64,000 nt of DNA from Bugula neritina (taxonomy: Eukaryota > Animalia > Bryozoa). The notes under the pieces were generated by a model that saw nothing but the letters and a program-made list of their open reading frames with translations, was not told the DNA's origin and ran no database searches. Within the stretch, counting starts at the first letter, position 1. Each line of letters begins with the position of its first letter. Below are positions 59,601-64,000 of this stretch, piece after piece. Where the stretch lies: contig OZ037768.1 in NCBI GenBank assembly GCA_964035545.1, positions 15,297,875 to 15,361,874 of the forward strand. The letters run 5' to 3'. The translations under genes were made by a program, and so were the position numbers.

Positions 59601-62600
59601 TCATACTGCAACATACTGAAATACACTGCAACACACTGAAGTATAATGTAATATATGGAAATATACTGTAACATACTGTAACATACTGATATACGCTGTA
59701 AAATATTGAATTACACTGCAACATATTGAAATAAACTGCAAAATACCGAAATATATTATAACCTACTCAAAATATACTGTAACACATTGAAATATACCGA
59801 ACTTTCTGAAATACACTGCAACAAAATGAAGTATACTGAAATATACAGAAATCTACTGTAAAATACTGAAATATACTTCAACATATTGAATTATACCTAA
59901 AAACATTGAAACATACCGAAATACACTGTAACATACTGAAATACACTGCAACACATTGAAATATACTGCAACATGTCGAAATATATGGTAACCTACTGAA
60001 ATAAACTGTAACACATTGAATTAATTTACAGAAATGTACTGTAACATACTGAAACATACGTCAACATATTGAAATGAACTGCAACATGCTGAAATATACT
60101 GCAACATACTTAAATACACTGTAACATACTGAATCACACTGCAACATACTGCAACAAACTGAAATGTACTGCAACATGCTGAAATATACTGCAACATACT
60201 GAAATACACTGTAACATACTGAAATACACTGCAACACATTGGACTATACTGCAACATACCGAAATATATGGTAACCTACTGAAATATGTTGCAAACTACC
60301 GAAATATACTGCAACATACTGAAATACAGTGTAACATACTGAAATACACTGCAAGACGCTGAAGTATACCGTATTTTACAGAAAGTAATGTAACATACTG
60401 AAACATACATCAACATACTGAAATGAACCGCAAAATGCTAAAATAGACTGCAACATACGTCAACATAATGAAAAGTACTGCAACTTGCTGAAATATACTG
60501 CAACGTACTGAAATACAGTGTAACATACTGAAATACACTGCAATACACTGAAGTATACCGTAATTTACAGAAATGTACTGTAACATACTGAAACATACGT
60601 CAACATACTGAAATGTACTGCAAAATGCTGGAATATACTGCAACATACTGAAATACACTGTAACAAACTGAATTTCACTGCAACATACTGCAACATACTG
60701 AAGTACACTGCAACAAAATGAAATATACTGTAACACACTGAAACATACTGCAAAATACTGAAATATACTGTAACAAACTAAAGCATCCTGCAATCTACTG
60801 AAATACACTGTAACATACTGAAGTACACTGCAACACATCAGAACATACTGCAACATACCGAAATATATCGTAACCTACTGAAATATGTTGCAAACTACTT
60901 AAATGTACTGCAACATACTGCAACATACTAGGATACACTGTAACATATTGAATTACATCTCAACAGAGTGAAATAAACTTCAACATACTGCAATATACTG
61001 CAACATACTGAAATATACTGCAAGATACTGCAACATACTGAAATACATTGTAAGATACTGAAATACACTGTAACATACTGAAATACACTGCAACACATTG
61101 GAAAGTACTGCACCATACTGAAATATGTGGTAACCTACTGCAATATACTGTAACACAGTGAATGAGTTTACAGAAATGTACTGTAACATACTGAAACATA
61201 CGTCAACATACTGAAATGAACTGCAACATGCTGAAATATACTGCAACATACTGAAATACACTGTGACATACTGAAATACACTGCAACACATTGGAATGTA
61301 CTGCACCATACTGAAATATGTGGTAACCTACTGAAATATACTGTAACGCAGTGAATGAGTTTACAGAAATGTACTGTAACATACTGAAACATACGTCAAC
61401 ATACTGAAATGAACAGCAACATGCTGAAATACACTGCAACATACTGAAATACACTGTAACATACTGAATTACACTGCAACATACTGCAACATACTGAAAT
61501 ACACTGTAACATACTGAAATATACTGGAACATACTGCAACATACTGAAATACACTGTAACATGCTGAAATACACTACAACATACTGCAACGTACTGAAAT
61601 ACACTGTAAAATATTGAAATACACTGCAACACATTGAAATATACTGCAACATACCGAAATATATGGTAACCTACTAAAAATATACTGTAACACATTGAAA
61701 TATACCGAACATTCTGAAATACACTGCAACACAATGAAGTATACTGAAATATACAGAAGTCTACTAAAAAATACTGAAATAAACTTCAACATACTGAAAT
61801 ATATCTAAAAGCATTGAAACATACTGAAATACACTGTAACATACTGAAATACATTGCAACACATTGGAATATGCTGCAACATACCGAAATATATGGTAAC
61901 CTACTGAAATATGTTGAAAGCTACTGAAATATACTGCAACATACTGAAATACAATGCAACACATTGAAATATACTGCAACATACTGAAATACACTGTAAC
62001 ATACTGAATCACACTGCAACATACTGCAACATACTGCAACATACTGAAATACACTGTAACATACTGAAATATACTGCAACATACTGCAACATACTGAAAT
62101 ACACTGTAACATGCTGAAATACACTGCAACATACTGCAACGTACTGAAAAACACTGTAAAATATTGAAATACACTGCAACACATTGAAATATACTGCAAC
62201 ATACCGAAATATATGGTAACCTACTAAAAATATACTGTAACACATTGAAATATACCGAACATTCTGAAATACACTGCAACACAATGAAGTATACTGAAAT
62301 ATACAGAAATCTACCAAAAAATACTGAAATATACTTCAACATACTGAAATATACCTAAAAGCATTGAAACATACTGAAATACACTGTAACATACTGAATC
62401 ACACTGCAACATACTGCAACAAACTGAAATGTACTGCAACATGCTGAAATATACTGCAACATACTGAAATACACTGTAACATACTGAATTACACTGCAAC
62501 ATACTGCGACATACTGAAGTGCACTGCATCAAAATTAAACATACTGTAACACACTGAAACATACTGCAAATTACTGAAATATATGGTAACCTACTCAAAA

Positions 62601-64000
62601 TATACTGCAACATACTGAAATATGCTGTAGCATACTGAAATACACTGCAAAACACTGAAGTATACCGTAATTTACAGAAATGTACTGTAACATACTGAAA
62701 CATACGTCAACATACTGAAATGTACGGCAACATGCTGGAATTGACTGTAACATACTGAATCACACTGCAACATACTGCAACATATTGAATTACACTGTAA
62801 CATACTGAAATATACTGCAACATACTGCAACATACTGAAATACACTGTAACATACTGAAATATACTGCAAAATACTGAAATACACCGTAACAAACTGAAT
62901 TACACAGCAACATACTGAAATACACTGTAACATACTGAAATACACTGCAACACATTGGAATGCACTGCAACTTACCGAAATATATGGTAACGTATTGAAA
63001 TATGTTGCAAACCACTGAAATATACTGCAACATACTGAAATAAATTGCAACACATTGAAATATACTGCAACATACCGAAATATATGGTAACCTACTGAAA
63101 TACACTGTAACACATTGAATGGGTTTACAGAAATAGACTGCAACATACTGAAATACACTGTAACATATTGAATCACGCTGCAACATACTGCAACATACTG
63201 AACTACACTGTAACATATTGAAATATACTGCAACCTACTGCAACATACTGAAGTACACCGTAACATACTGAAATACACTGCAACATAATGCAACATACTG
63301 AAATACACTGCAACACGCTGAAGTATACTGAAATATACAGAAATCTATTGTAAAACACTGAAATATACTGCAACATACTGAAATATACTGCAACATACTG
63401 CAACATACTGAAATACACTGTAACATACTGAAATACACTGCAACACATCGAAATATACCGCAACATACCGAATTATATGATAACCTACTGAATTAGACTG
63501 TAACACATTGAATCATACTGCAACATACTGAAATACACTGCAACACACTGAAGTATAATGTAATATATGGAAATATACTGTAACATACTGTAACATACTG
63601 ATATACGCTGTAAAATATTGAATTACACTGCAACATATTGAAATAAACTGCAACATACCGAAATATATTATAACCTACTCAAAATATACTGTAACACATT
63701 GAAATATACCGAACTTTCTGAAATACACTGCAACAAAATGAAGTATACTGAAATATACAGAAATCTACTGTAAAATACTGAAATATACTTCAACATATTG
63801 AATTATACCTAAAAACATTGAAACATACCAAAATACACTGTAACATACTGAAATACACTGCAACACATTGAAATATACTGCAACATGCCGAAATATATGG
63901 TAACCTACTGAAATATACTGTAACACATTGAATTAATTTACAGAAATGTACTGTAACATACTGAAACATACGTCAACATACTGAAATGAACTGCAACATG
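51285..64000 (+). repeat. 3922-bp higher-order repeat array: copies start near 51285, 55207, 59129 (1014-bp internal deletion, 2908 bp) and 62037 (truncated by the window end)
   Basis: ORF offsets 51955/55877 and 53580/57502 (3922), 57502/60410 (2908), 55877/62707 (6830 = 3922 + 2908) and 56383/63203 (6820, after loss of one decamer near 63030). Confidence 0.9.

Larger units (their letters stand above)
12060..64000 (+). repeat. Satellite B: degenerate 10-bp tandem repeat (AACATACTGC / AACATACTGA / AATAYACTGY; common 20-mer AACATACTGAAATACACTGY), single orientation, runs off the right edge
   Basis: ACTG-centred decamers hold the same column for hundreds of bp across 52 kb. The plus strand is A/C-rich and G-poor. 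No unique insert seen. Confidence 0.98.

Noticed and set aside
12194-63466. Hundreds of minus-strand ORFs as protein-coding genes
   Set aside because: They overlap in all three frames with the same low-complexity peptide, follow a 10-bp period not divisible by 3, and begin and end at satellite variant words. No recognisable domain.
12060-64000. CRISPR-like repeat/spacer reading of the GGTAACC boxes
   Set aside because: The intervening DNA is the same decamer satellite rather than unique spacers, spacing is irregular, and there are no cas genes or leader.
1-64000. A and B as one family, or as inverted copies of each other
   Set aside because: They share only TGC in the same orientation and CACATT in reverse complement, too short to show homology. 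No transitional units at the junction.
1-64000. Identity with the germline-eliminated satellites of Parascaris (recalled as TTGCA and TTTGTGCGTG)
   Set aside because: Only 5-bp cores coincide (TTGCA on the minus strand of B, TGTGC in A) and the full units differ. Programmed elimination cannot be inferred without germline vs soma coverage.
1-64000. Inversions, transposon insertions, tRNA/rRNA or unique islands
   Set aside because: Reading through, I saw no strand switch and no non-satellite stretch longer than about 15-20 bp. Very short inserts could have been missed by eye.

Overview
The whole 64-kb window is non-coding tandem satellite DNA, most likely eukaryotic heterochromatin (centromeric, pericentromeric or subtelomeric). 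I cannot identify the organism. I can support no protein gene, RNA gene, transposon or CRISPR array, and the ORF-track entries are read-through artefacts of the repeats. Two different ~10-bp-periodic satellites abut with no spacer. Satellite A (1-12062) has units AAATGTGCCT/AAATGTGCTA/AAAAGTGCCY, a mean period of about 9.8 bp, and many copies of the telomere-like word GCCTAA (TTAGGC on the minus strand). Satellite B (12060-64000) has units AACATACTGC/AACATACTGA/AATACACTGT and a mean period of about 10.04 bp. They join through a shared TGC, and the 10-bp TG register runs unbroken across the junction. Both arrays keep one orientation and are nested: 10-mer, 20-mer, 120-220-bp cassettes, kb-scale higher-order repeats (about 1.7 kb in A; 1407, 2228, 1893, 2557, 1661, 2823/2977, 2386 and 3922 bp in B), and a near-perfect 6960-bp duplication. 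The order of some duplications, their in-register breakpoints and a layered pattern (outer copies share alleles the inner copies lack) can be read from the sequence. I found no gene-based novel system; the interest lies in the satellite architecture. Block boundaries were set by eye and are approximate to tens of bp.
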